64,000 bases of DNA, taken from positions 129,798 to 193,797 of the forward strand of contig WOUP01000007.1 of NCBI GenBank assembly GCA_009772895.1. The letters run 5' to 3'. Source of the stretch: Puniceicoccaceae bacterium 5H. GTDB lineage: Bacteria > Verrucomicrobiota > Verrucomicrobiia > Opitutales > Oceanipulchritudinaceae. A program made the translations under genes and the position numbers. The notes below the pieces were generated by a model. That model made no database searches. It saw nothing but the letters and a program-made list of their open reading frames with translations, and was not told the origin of the DNA. Below, in pieces: positions 1 to 8,619 of the stretch. Within the stretch, counting starts at the first letter, position 1, and each line of letters begins with the position of its first letter.

Positions 1-173
1 TTGGTAAAAATGCCCCAACGGCAAGCCGCAAAGTTGCCCAGAGACAGGCACGGGTCGGCCAGCGCCTTTTGGAGTGCGGCGCTCGGCTCCGCTTTGGCGG
101 GGAAGCGTCGGAAATGAGGAATGGCGGTTCGACGGCTTGCGTGGACGTTGCGCCCTACCTGGTTCCGCCGCGC

Positions 174-388
174 GACCTCGGAGGGGTCACAGCTTGTAGC
201 CGGTGGTTGAGGGGGACCTCAGGGCACCCGACACCACCGGAATGCTCCCCTCGCGCGACCGCACCCCGCAGGGTGTGCCACCGTAGCGGGTGGATTCGGC
301 CTGTTGGTGGCACCTCTTCAAGGTGCATCCTTTCTGGCGGCGGGCCACCGGGGGTGTCGCCCGCTGCGCGTGCTCAACCACCGGCTAC
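174..388. repeat. Mosaic of short GC-rich hairpin modules (dispersed intergenic repeat family); copy at window start
   Basis: Modules: gacctcggaggggtc 174-188; GTAGCCGGTGGTTGAG...CGACACCACCGG 196-240 (8-bp stem CCGGTGGT/ACCACCGG); gcaccccgcagggtgtgc 261-278; gcacctcttcaaggtgc 310-326. Segment 348-388 is the reverse complement of 18878-18918 (40/41 nt). Confidence 0.75.
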
Positions 389-429
389 AGGCTGGCATCC
401 CGTCGGGAGACAGGGGCGGAGTCCTCCTC

Positions 430-717
430 CTATTCCCGTCCGCGGGAGGCGGCGAGCAGGCCGATCCAGATGGCGATGGTTTCGGCGCCGAGGAACATCG
501 GGGGCAGCAGCGAGAAGAGGTTGGGGCGGTCGCGCCACACGATGTCGATAAAGATCAGCATGTAGAGCAGCAGGCAGATCAGGCCGAGCAGCATTACGAT
601 CTGGCGGGCGCGGCAGAGTTGGCGGGCCGTGCTCTGGCGAAAGAGAAACTGGGCGACGCCGTAGGCAAAGAAGCCGGCCACGACGCACTGCAGGAGCATG
701 ACGAAGACGAACTCCAT
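430..717 (-). CDS. Small hydrophobic membrane protein (about 3 TM segments), function unknown
   Basis: 95-aa ORF with G/C-ending codons (ATG GAG TTC GTC TTC GTC...). Hydrophobic stretches VMLLQCVVAGFFAYGVAQFLF and IVMLLGLICLLLYMLIFI. Lies in tandem downstream of terC-like and a second small membrane ORF. Confidence 0.5.
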   Translation of the reverse strand: MEFVFVMLLQCVVAGFFAYGVAQFLFRQSTARQLCRARQIVMLLGLICLLLYMLIFIDIVWRDRPNLFSLLPPMFLGAETIAIWIGLLAASRGRE

Positions 718-724
718 GCGGCGG

Positions 725-937
725 CTACGGCTGCTCCGGTTGGGCGGCGGGATCGGACTGGCTCGGGACGTCGATCTCCTCCGGCTTGTGCTCGCTGGCG
801 ATCTTGATCAACGTATACCAGGCGGCGGAGAGCACGATGAAGGCGAGCACGACGCTGACCCAGAGCTTCCAGACGCCGCCATGGCGCTCAGTCTTCGATG
901 GCGGGTTCTTTTCGTTGCTCGGCTCGGTTGTGGGCAT
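725..937 (-). CDS. Small single-pass membrane protein, function unknown
   Basis: High GC3 reading frame with a clear TM helix VWKLWVSVVLAFIVLSAAWYTLI. I took the second Met (937). The track start (970) and this one both overlap the 3' end of the TerC-like gene, so the start is uncertain. Confidence 0.45.
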   Translation of the reverse strand: MPTTEPSNEKNPPSKTERHGGVWKLWVSVVLAFIVLSAAWYTLIKIASEHKPEEIDVPSQSDPAAQPEQP

Positions 938-1607
938 AACGCATCTGCAGGATTTCGACGAAGAGGGCAAAGCCCATCGGCAAATAGATATAGGGCTTGG
1001 GCACGTGGTGATGCAACCCTTCGAGGAAAATGGTGATACCGATCGTGATCAGGAAGGCCAGGGCGAGGATCTTCAGCGCCGGGTGGTTAAGGATGAAGTC
1101 GCCCACCGGCCCCGCGAAGGCAAGGATGATCCCGAACGACACGACGACCGCGGTGACGATGACCCAGAGGTGGTCGGTCAACCCGATGGCCGTGATCACG
1201 GAATCGACCGAAAAAACGAGGTCGAGCATCACGATCTGCACGATGGCAGCGGTCAGCGCGCCCTTGAGCTGCTTCGGGGCCCGGGCTTCCTCGTGCATCT
1301 CCAGCGTGTGGTGGATCTCCTTGACCGCCTTGTAGAGCAAAAAGAGGCCGCCTGCGATCAGGATGAGGTCGCGCACGGAGAGGTGCCAGACGATGGGGTC
1401 TTGCAGGGAGGCCAAGGCCAGGACGAGCGCCAGCATGCCGATGCGGGCAATCAGCGCCAAGCCCAGGCCGATACGCCTCGCCAGCTCTTGCTTGTCGTGC
1501 GGCAGGCGGCTGACGAGGATGCTGATGACGAGGATATTATCGACGCCCAGCACCAGCTCGAGGCCGATGAGGAGCGCCAGGGTCGCAAATGCGTTGGCGT
1601 CGAGCAT
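888..1607 (-). CDS. TerC-family integral membrane protein
   Basis: 239 aa, polytopic. Signature LIGLELVLGVDNILVISILV and a second GLTDHLWVIVTAVVVS repeat typical of the TerC/Alx family. Confidence 0.85.
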   Translation of the reverse strand: MLDANAFATLALLIGLELVLGVDNILVISILVSRLPHDKQELARRIGLGLALIARIGMLALVLALASLQDPIVWHLSVRDLILIAGGLFLLYKAVKEIHHTLEMHEEARAPKQLKGALTAAIVQIVMLDLVFSVDSVITAIGLTDHLWVIVTAVVVSFGIILAFAGPVGDFILNHPALKILALAFLITIGITIFLEGLHHHVPKPYIYLPMGFALFVEILQMRYAHNRAEQRKEPAIED

Positions 1608-1638
1608 AATGGAGAAACTTCTACCGGAGCAGCAGACC

Positions 1639-2154
1639 CTATACCCGCCACGCCGGAGCGTAAACGAGTAATCCGGGCGGCACGGTCACTTCTTCTCCGC
1701 CCCGCCAGATGGCCTGAAATGCGTCCCCGGCCTGGTATTGGTTCTCCCATTGCCAATGACAGGCGGGTTGGAAGCCAAAACGGGCGTAATACCCGGGCTC
1801 TCCCAGCACGACCACGAGGTCGGTTTCGGTGCGCGCGTAGTTGAGGGCCGACCAGACGAGTGCGGTGCCGACGCCCTGGCTTTGCCACGACGGGTCGATC
1901 GCCAGCGGCACGATCCCCAGGGCGGCTGCTTCGGGGCCCACGCGTTCGTGCCAGACAGGGCCCAGAGCCACCATCCCGACAATCGCCCCCTGGATGTTGG
2001 TGGCGACAAACTCCGAGACCACGTGGCCTGAGCGGCGGGCGGTGGCATGGCAGCGGGCCTCCTCTTCGGTTGGAAAAGCCGATAGCAGCAGCTCTTCAAT
2101 CTCACCGGCATCTTGAGGCTGTGCGGGCCGGATGCACACACAATATCCGCTCAT
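1639..2154 (-). CDS. GNAT-family N-acetyltransferase
   Basis: 171 aa. IRPAQPQDAGEIEELL N-terminus and an acetyl-CoA loop WQSQGVGTALV (Q/R-x-x-G-x-G/A). Confidence 0.75.
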   Translation of the reverse strand: MSGYCVCIRPAQPQDAGEIEELLLSAFPTEEEARCHATARRSGHVVSEFVATNIQGAIVGMVALGPVWHERVGPEAAALGIVPLAIDPSWQSQGVGTALVWSALNYARTETDLVVVLGEPGYYARFGFQPACHWQWENQYQAGDAFQAIWRGGEEVTVPPGLLVYAPAWRV

Positions 2155-2305
2155 CGTGATGCCATTATAGCGTTTGAAAGCGCCCTGTCTAGTGCCTGTC
2201 TGTCATTAAGATGGGGGTGAATGACCTCAGATTGCAATGACTGGAAGCGGCGCGCTTTAACCTTGAAGGAAAAGGACCGTAGCTTTCTATAGCCTACGCC
2301 TGATC

Positions 2306-4126
2306 ATGATTCGTCTATTGCTGCTGTTTTTTGTCGCTGTCATTTCCATCTGGATCGGCCAGTTTGCGCTATCGCCCGAAGCGAGCGTAGCGGCCTTCGC
2401 GGATTCGGTTTTCTATTCGTTGCTGGCCACGTTGATCTTGTTTGTCTTCTTCTGGATCCGGTTCGAACTGAAGGAAGGCGGTATTTTCACCAAAGCGTTC
2501 TGGCTGGAAAAGCAGCGGCAACGGAGGCTGGTTTTTGCCTTGTTGGCAGCTGTCGTTGGAACGATCTTCATCGCCCAGACTCAGGATTACGTCTTCAAAA
2601 CGGTGTGGGATGAGCACGTGATCGCCAATACTGCGCAGAATTTGCACCTTGAGCGTAAGGCTTACAATTCGGGGCGCGTCTTTTATCAGGATGTCCACCG
2701 TTACGTTCTGGGGCCATGGTATGATAAGCGCCCCGCAGGGTTTCCTTTCCTCGCAGCCTTGGCGGATGATATTCTGGGGTATAATCCAAAGCATACCATC
2801 CACCTGAACGCGGCGTTTTCCTTCGGGATCCTGTTTATGCTTGCGTTCATTCTGAGCGATCTGTGGGGCAAAAAAGCCGCAACCTTTGCGCTTGCCTGCT
2901 TTGTCGTTTCTCCCTTGTTCGCCAGCGAGGCCTCCAGTGGAGGAATTGCGATCTCATCGCTCTTTTGCGTCCTGGCCTTGATTTTATTGGCTGCGCGATG
3001 GTTGGAGCGTCCGAAGGACGGCGATGGGCTAAGTGCACTCGGATTCCTCGGGGTCTTTCTTGTTCAGACGCGTTATGAGTCCGCTCTCTATCTTGTCGGA
3101 CTTGGCCTTATTGTGCTCTGGGCCTGGTGGAAAGAGAGAAAGGTCGAGCCCCCATGGGCCGTCCTGCTCTGCCCAGTGCTCTTGATTCCCGTGCTTTGGC
3201 AGCACCATGTCATGACCATCGACCCTGCTCTTTGGGAGTTGAACACGGTTGGGAAAGATAAGGCCTTTAGCCTCGCCTATATCCCGGAGATGTTCTCCAA
3301 AGCCGTATTTTTCTTCTTCGATCCGAGTTCCAGCCGACCGAACCAGCTTTACCTGACTTCAGTGGCGATCATCGGCGCCGTTGGCCTGGCGGTACTGACG
3401 CCACGCAAAATCAGGCAATGGCAGTTCGCTTCGCCCCTCATGCGTTGTGTCGTCTTTTTCATTCCGGGGTTTCTGCTGAATCTGCTCATGTTGCTATGCT
3501 ATGCGTTCCCTTTGGATATGGAGATTACGAGTCGTCTTTCCCTGCCGCTGTTCTTGCCCATGGCAGTGCTCGCAGCGTGGTTTGCGGCTGAGGTCAACCA
3601 CCGGTGGGTACGAGGTGTTCTTTTCGGTGGTTTTGTGTTGTTTCTGTTCGTCTTTCAAATGCCCAAGTTCAACCAGAACAATTTCTACACTTCGGGCATG
3701 ATCGCCAATGTCTTCCTGAAGGCAGAAAAATACCTGCAGACGCAAGATCCAGGCAACGTCGTGTATGTGACCGGCAACGTACCGTTTTTTGACATCAATG
3801 GGTTTAGCGCCACTCCAATCGGAAGCCTGAATAAGCGGCAAAAGGAAACCAAATGGTTATTGGAGCAGTCGGAAAGACCCCAGCTTTTGCTTTTTTGCGT
3901 GGAGAGCTACAATCCCACGACGCGGGAATGGACGACCGCCTATGGCGACAAGACCATTACAGAGAATGCGGTGTTGAAAAAGATGTGGGAGGTGCGTCAG
4001 TTCCAGTTCTTCCGTGGGATCATTTACGAGATTGTCGATCTTGAAGGTGTGGACGCGAAAGAGCCCGAAAAGCCGATCGAAACAGAGGAAGACTACAAGA
4101 GCATTTACTACCATTCCCTGCCTTAG
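2306..4126 (+). CDS. Polytopic membrane protein, GT-C fold glycosyltransferase-like (ArnT/PMT_2-like)
   Basis: 606 aa with more than 10 hydrophobic segments. First-loop acidic motif WDEHVIANTAQNL and KRPAGFPFLAAL resemble GT39/GT83-type enzymes. C-terminal soluble domain of about 130 aa. The gene is visibly AT-richer than its neighbours. Confidence 0.55.
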   Translation: MIRLLLLFFVAVISIWIGQFALSPEASVAAFADSVFYSLLATLILFVFFWIRFELKEGGIFTKAFWLEKQRQRRLVFALLAAVVGTIFIAQTQDYVFKTVWDEHVIANTAQNLHLERKAYNSGRVFYQDVHRYVLGPWYDKRPAGFPFLAALADDILGYNPKHTIHLNAAFSFGILFMLAFILSDLWGKKAATFALACFVVSPLFASEASSGGIAISSLFCVLALILLAARWLERPKDGDGLSALGFLGVFLVQTRYESALYLVGLGLIVLWAWWKERKVEPPWAVLLCPVLLIPVLWQHHVMTIDPALWELNTVGKDKAFSLAYIPEMFSKAVFFFFDPSSSRPNQLYLTSVAIIGAVGLAVLTPRKIRQWQFASPLMRCVVFFIPGFLLNLLMLLCYAFPLDMEITSRLSLPLFLPMAVLAAWFAAEVNHRWVRGVLFGGFVLFLFVFQMPKFNQNNFYTSGMIANVFLKAEKYLQTQDPGNVVYVTGNVPFFDINGFSATPIGSLNKRQKETKWLLEQSERPQLLLFCVESYNPTTREWTTAYGDKTITENAVLKKMWEVRQFQFFRGIIYEIVDLEGVDAKEPEKPIETEEDYKSIYYHSLP

Positions 4127-5130
4127 GCCAGGCCGGGGGCTTCCTTGCGGTAGTGGGCGACCCATTGGGCGACGCCGGCTTCGGTCGGATGGTTTTCGGG
4201 CTGGTAGCCTAGGTCGCGCCGGGCGGCGGAGATGTCGAACCAGTGGTCCTTGGCCAGCTCGAGGGCGACGAAGCGCGTCATCGGGGGCTCGCCCTTGAGG
4301 CGAAGCGCCTGCCAGAGTTTTTCCGCCACCGCTCCGAGGTTGTAGGCCGTTTTGAGCGAGATGTGCCGCTTGAGCGGTGGGACGTCAAGGCGCTGCAGGA
4401 TGTCGTTGACCCAGGGCCAGAGCTGCACGGGCTCACCTTGGCTGAGGAAGTAGGCTTTGCCGCCCGCCCGCCCGGCTTGCAGGGCGTCGAGGGCTAGCAG
4501 GTGGGCGTCGGCGGCGTTTTCGACCCGGGTGATGTCGACGCGGTTCTGACCGTCGCCGACGATGCGCAGGCGGCCTTGCCGGGCGCGCTCGACGACACGC
4601 GGCAGTAAGTGGGGATCGCCCACGCCCCAGATCAGGTGGGGACGCAGCGCGCAGACCTCGACCTCACGGGCACGATGCGCGGCCAGCATCTCCTGCTCGG
4701 CGATGGCTTTGGTCTCCGCATAAGGGCCGAGCCAGCTGTGCCCGTAGGGCAGGGACTCGTCTGCCCCGGCGAAGGCCTGGCGGTTGAAGACGACGCTGGG
4801 CGTGCTGGTGTGGACGAGGTAGCGCACGTGGTGGTGGCGACAGGCCTGCAGCACGTGGCGGCTGCCCCGCACGTTGACGTCGAAATACGTCTCGTACGGG
4901 CCCCAGATGCCGGCGAGCGCGGCCACGTGAAAGACGGCGTCGCAACCGTAGACGGCGCGTTCGACCGCTTGCTGATCGGTCAGGCTGCCGCGCTGCACTT
5001 CCACTCCACGACCGGCGAGTTCGGGTGCGGCCGAGCGCTGAAAGATCGCCACCTCGTAGCCGCGTTCGAGACAGCGTTCGACAATGTAGCGGCCGAGGAA
5101 GCCGGCACCGCCCGTCACCAATACCTTCAT
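4123..5130 (-). CDS. NAD(P)-dependent epimerase/dehydratase, 3-beta-hydroxysteroid dehydrogenase/isomerase family
   Basis: MKVLVTGGAGFLGRYIV Rossmann motif, catalytic PYAETK (YxxxK), about 335 aa. Confidence 0.85.
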   Translation of the reverse strand: MKVLVTGGAGFLGRYIVERCLERGYEVAIFQRSAAPELAGRGVEVQRGSLTDQQAVERAVYGCDAVFHVAALAGIWGPYETYFDVNVRGSRHVLQACRHHHVRYLVHTSTPSVVFNRQAFAGADESLPYGHSWLGPYAETKAIAEQEMLAAHRAREVEVCALRPHLIWGVGDPHLLPRVVERARQGRLRIVGDGQNRVDITRVENAADAHLLALDALQAGRAGGKAYFLSQGEPVQLWPWVNDILQRLDVPPLKRHISLKTAYNLGAVAEKLWQALRLKGEPPMTRFVALELAKDHWFDISAARRDLGYQPENHPTEAGVAQWVAHYRKEAPGLA

Positions 5131-5180
5131 GGGCGGTAATGTGGGGCGCTGGGGGCGGCTTGGCCAGTCCTACCGTGCGC

Positions 5181-6833
5181 TTATTTGCCTCGCTGCAGGC
5201 GCCGCAGGTAGTGCACCCAGTCCTCGAGGGTGACCGGCGCCTGCCGGTAGCCGATGTGCCCGTCGGGGCGCACAAGCACCAGGCCGCTCTCCGGCAGCCC
5301 GAGGCGGTCGTGGATCTTTTCCCGTGGATCGCTGAAGATGGGGCAGGGCAGCTGACGCAGATCCACCGGGATGATGCGGCCGCAGACGAGGATTGGCTGC
5401 ACCCACTCCGGCAGGATGGAAGCTCGGGTCAGCTCTTTGATCGCGGTCGCCGTTTTGAGGTCGGCCTGCGTGCGCACGATGATGATCAGGGCCCAGAGGT
5501 GGGGCGTCAGCCATTCGCGCAGGCGCACGTGCCGGTTGCGGCGAAACTCGAGCAGATGGGAGTCGGGCAAGAGGTCGCCGGCGGTGGCCCCGTTTTTGAA
5601 GCGGCGTGCTTCGAGTGAGCGCAGGCGCTGCGAGCGCGTCTCCGCGTGGATAAAGTCGCTGCCCGGCACACTGGGCGCGGTTTCCAGATGCTCCAGAAAC
5701 TGCTGCCGCACCAGGTGGAGTCCGCTGATGGCGGGCAGGATCCAGTTGCGCAGACTGCGTTTGAGCAGGTTTTGGGTGCCGGCGAGCTGGCTGAGGTGGG
5801 CGGTAAAGCCCAGGGTGCGACGTGCGGCGGGCAGGCGCTCGCGCTCGTAGGTCTCGAGCAGGATGGGCGGCAGCTGGCCGCGTAGCACGGCGGCGAGTTT
5901 CCACGCGAGGTTGTAGGCATCCTGCACGCCCAGGTTCATGCCCTGGTTGCCCATGGCGGGCATCACGTGGGCGGCATCGCCGACGAGGATGACGCGGCCA
6001 CGCTGAAAGCTCTCGGCAATCGCGGGCTGGATGTCGTGCACGCGATTCCAGAGGATCTGCTTGATCCCGATCCAGCTCTGGACGCGTTCAGCAAACTGCA
6101 GTTCGGCCTGGTATTGCGAGGCCGGTGGCTCCCAGTCGTTCGCGACCTGCATCATGGCGCGATAGCGCCCATCGCCGAGGGGAAAGATCGCCGCGCCGCC
6201 CTCGGGATGGCAATAAATCTGCCACTGGTCGTCGGCCGGTCCCTGGCTCAGTTCGACATCGGCCACCCAGAGGCGCTCGGCGGGGCCGACCGGTTCCAGC
6301 GCCAGGTCGAGCAGCTCGCGCACGGTGGAATTGCGCCCGTCGCAGCCGATCAGGTATTCGGCGCCGATCAGACGCTCCTCGCCATCATTCTCGAGGATCA
6401 CTTCGAGGTGGTGCGGCTGGGTCTCATAGTCGTTGAGCTGCCACCCGCGCCAGATGCTGGCTCCGGCCCCGACGGCCGCGCGTTCGAGGATCTGCACCAG
6501 CACCTGTTGCGGCAAGTCGCGGATCTCGGGCCACGGGCTTTCGACGTCGGTCAGCTGGTGGGAAAACAGTTCGATATCCTGGCTGCGCACGTGGATCTCG
6601 CGGATCTGCTGACCATGTTGGCGCAGGTCGTCGCCGACGCCGAGGGAGGCGAGGATTTCCAGCATGCGGGAGTGCAGGGCCACCGCCTGACCGGTAGCGG
6701 GAATCTGAGCCTCTTTTTCGACGACCGCCACGCGAATGCCGGCACGGGCAAGGGCCAGGGCAAGCGACAGCCCCACCGGTCCGGCGCCGATGATGATGAC
6801 TTGCCAGTCTTTGCCGCTCTCTTCGCTTAACAT
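5181..6833 (-). CDS. FAD-dependent aromatic-ring monooxygenase (PheA/TfdB-like, FAD_binding_3)
   Basis: VIIIGAGPVGLSLALALARAG dinucleotide fold, GRVILVGDAAHVMPAMGNQGMNLGVQDAYNLAWKL motif, C-terminal LVLVRPDGHIGYR thioredoxin-like tail. Confidence 0.85.
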   Translation of the reverse strand: MLSEESGKDWQVIIIGAGPVGLSLALALARAGIRVAVVEKEAQIPATGQAVALHSRMLEILASLGVGDDLRQHGQQIREIHVRSQDIELFSHQLTDVESPWPEIRDLPQQVLVQILERAAVGAGASIWRGWQLNDYETQPHHLEVILENDGEERLIGAEYLIGCDGRNSTVRELLDLALEPVGPAERLWVADVELSQGPADDQWQIYCHPEGGAAIFPLGDGRYRAMMQVANDWEPPASQYQAELQFAERVQSWIGIKQILWNRVHDIQPAIAESFQRGRVILVGDAAHVMPAMGNQGMNLGVQDAYNLAWKLAAVLRGQLPPILLETYERERLPAARRTLGFTAHLSQLAGTQNLLKRSLRNWILPAISGLHLVRQQFLEHLETAPSVPGSDFIHAETRSQRLRSLEARRFKNGATAGDLLPDSHLLEFRRNRHVRLREWLTPHLWALIIIVRTQADLKTATAIKELTRASILPEWVQPILVCGRIIPVDLRQLPCPIFSDPREKIHDRLGLPESGLVLVRPDGHIGYRQAPVTLEDWVHYLRRLQRGK

Positions 6834-6897
6834 TGCCTAAATGCGTGGTGCATGAACCGGTTGCACTCAGTGTGCAGGAATATTCACGTTCACGCAA

Positions 6898-8517
6898 TCA
6901 CTCCTGCGTCTTTTCCAGCCGCACGTATTGGTAGGGGTGCCAGTCGAGCAGGTTGGCCTGCCAGCCGGAGACCTCCGGGCGGATGAGGTAGGCGGTCGTG
7001 TAGTGGTAGATCGGGATCATCACGGCCTGCTGCTCCAGCATGCGTTCGGCGGCCTCGTACTGGGCCTTGCGTTCGCTTGGCTCGCGCGTGGCCGCGGTGT
7101 CTTCGAGCAGGGTATCGTAATCGGCATTGCTCCAGTTACTGTAGTTGTTGCTGTGATGGCTGGTCCAGATCTCGAGAAAGGTTTGCGGCGAGACGTAGTC
7201 GCCGATCCAGACCGCACGGGCGATGGCGAAGTCGCCCTGGCTACGGCGAGCGTAGTAGGTCTTGGCCTCGACGTTGGTCAGCCTTACGTGGATGTTGTAG
7301 GCTTGCTGCCACATGTTCTGCACGGCTTCGGCGATGCGCTGGTGCGTCTCGGAGGCATTGTAGACCAGTTCCAGTTCCGGGAAGCCCGCACCGTCCGGGT
7401 AACCGGCTTCGGCCAGCAGTTCGCGTCCCTGTTCGATCGTGGGCAACGGCTCGTGCACCTCCAGCAAGCGCTCGGGCGTGAACTGGGTCGCCGGTTGCTG
7501 CCCGCCCTGCAAGAGGCGGTCGGTGATGGCCTCGCGGTCGATGGCGGCACTCAGGGCGCGGCGCACGCGCGGGTCGCCGAGCGGCTCGACCGTGTGGTTG
7601 AGCAGGTAGTAATAGGTGCCCAGGTAAGGGTCGACGCGCAGCACCTCGGGCTCGTTTTCCCGGTAAAACGGCACGCGCCGGGGCGGCAGGGCCTCCGTCA
7701 CGTGCAACTGGCCGGCCTGAAACGCGCGCTCTTCGGTGTTGAGGTCGGTGATGGGAAAAAAGCGCACGCCCTGGAGCGTCGTGACGGTGTTGTTCCAGTA
7801 GTGCGGGTTACGTTCGACCGTGATGCGCTCGTTGGGGCGCCATTCGGTCAAGCGAAAGGGCCCGTTGCTGACCATCTGCCCCGGGCGCGCCCAGTCGTCC
7901 TGTCGCGTAAAGGCATCGCCCGCTGCCTCGACGCTGGCACGATTGAGCGGGGCGAAGCTGGGGTGCATCAACAGCTCGAGAAAATAGGCGACGGGATGGT
8001 CGAGGCGCACCTGCAGCGTGCGCGCATCCAGCGCCTTGACGCCGATGCTCGCCGGATCGTCCGTCTGGCCGGTGTGGTAGGCCTCCGCGCCCTCGACCAC
8101 GTAGAGCATGGCGGCGTTGCCCGCGGCCACGGCAGGCGTCAACAGGCGGCGCCAGGCAAAGACGAAGTCGTCGGCGGTGACAGGTTGGCCGTTGGACCAC
8201 TGGGCGTTGGGGCGCAGGTGAAAGGTGTAGGTGCGGCCGTCGGCAGAGATCTCCCAGCTCTTGGCCACGCCTGGCTGCGGGCTCAAGTCGCCCGGGTCGG
8301 GTGCGGTCAGCCCCTCCCACAACGCCAGGTGCACGTTGAGGGCGTTGGCGCTGGTCGAAAGCTGCGGGTCGAAGGACTCCGGCTCCGGGCCCGTGCCGAC
8401 GAGCAGGAAGCCCTCTTGTGCCGCCGTCTCCACCTCGGAGGCGCGACGGCAGGCCGTGAGCCCCAGGAGCAGGCCTAGCGTGAGTCCGATCAGGCAACGT
8501 AGCCACCATTTACGCAT
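6898..8517 (-). CDS. ABC transporter substrate-binding lipoprotein, family 5 (peptide/nickel, OppA/DppA-like)
   Basis: 539 aa with lipobox LGLTAC. Length and sequence (VAKSWEISADGRTYTFHLRPNAQWSNG) are typical of SBP_bac_5. No permease or ATPase genes are nearby (orphan SBP). Confidence 0.85.
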   Translation of the reverse strand: MRKWWLRCLIGLTLGLLLGLTACRRASEVETAAQEGFLLVGTGPEPESFDPQLSTSANALNVHLALWEGLTAPDPGDLSPQPGVAKSWEISADGRTYTFHLRPNAQWSNGQPVTADDFVFAWRRLLTPAVAAGNAAMLYVVEGAEAYHTGQTDDPASIGVKALDARTLQVRLDHPVAYFLELLMHPSFAPLNRASVEAAGDAFTRQDDWARPGQMVSNGPFRLTEWRPNERITVERNPHYWNNTVTTLQGVRFFPITDLNTEERAFQAGQLHVTEALPPRRVPFYRENEPEVLRVDPYLGTYYYLLNHTVEPLGDPRVRRALSAAIDREAITDRLLQGGQQPATQFTPERLLEVHEPLPTIEQGRELLAEAGYPDGAGFPELELVYNASETHQRIAEAVQNMWQQAYNIHVRLTNVEAKTYYARRSQGDFAIARAVWIGDYVSPQTFLEIWTSHHSNNYSNWSNADYDTLLEDTAATREPSERKAQYEAAERMLEQQAVMIPIYHYTTAYLIRPEVSGWQANLLDWHPYQYVRLEKTQE

Positions 8518-8619
8518 GGCGGCATCTTGGCCATGCAGCCGTCAGGCGCAAAGGCTTTCTGTCACGAAGATCGCAAGGTGAGTTTACAATGCTGTATCAC
8601 ACCCGCTAGGCTGTGCGCG

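Noticed and set aside
69-1036. ORFs 69-551, 187-381, 290-565, 304-807, 374-688 and 698-1036 at the window start; also 18409-18992 and the 18885/18962 N-terminal extensions
   Set aside because: They are translations of the hairpin-repeat DNA. The same peptide MVEHAQRATPPV appears at both repeat loci. Others overlap the better-supported small membrane-protein and TerC frames. They overlap each other in multiple frames.
8527-8619. N-terminal extensions of track ORFs: CDF 8527, DeoR 15015, ClpB 51143, FMN reductase 53602, OYE 56105, DUF294 55927, exonuclease 57564, WaaA 62155, AhpC 45378, OMP 44571, GH28 13746
   Set aside because: The extensions overlap upstream genes or promoters. They are Arg/Pro-rich or lack similarity to the family N-termini, whereas internal Met codons give canonical N-termini such as [15 protein letters not shown] for ClpB.
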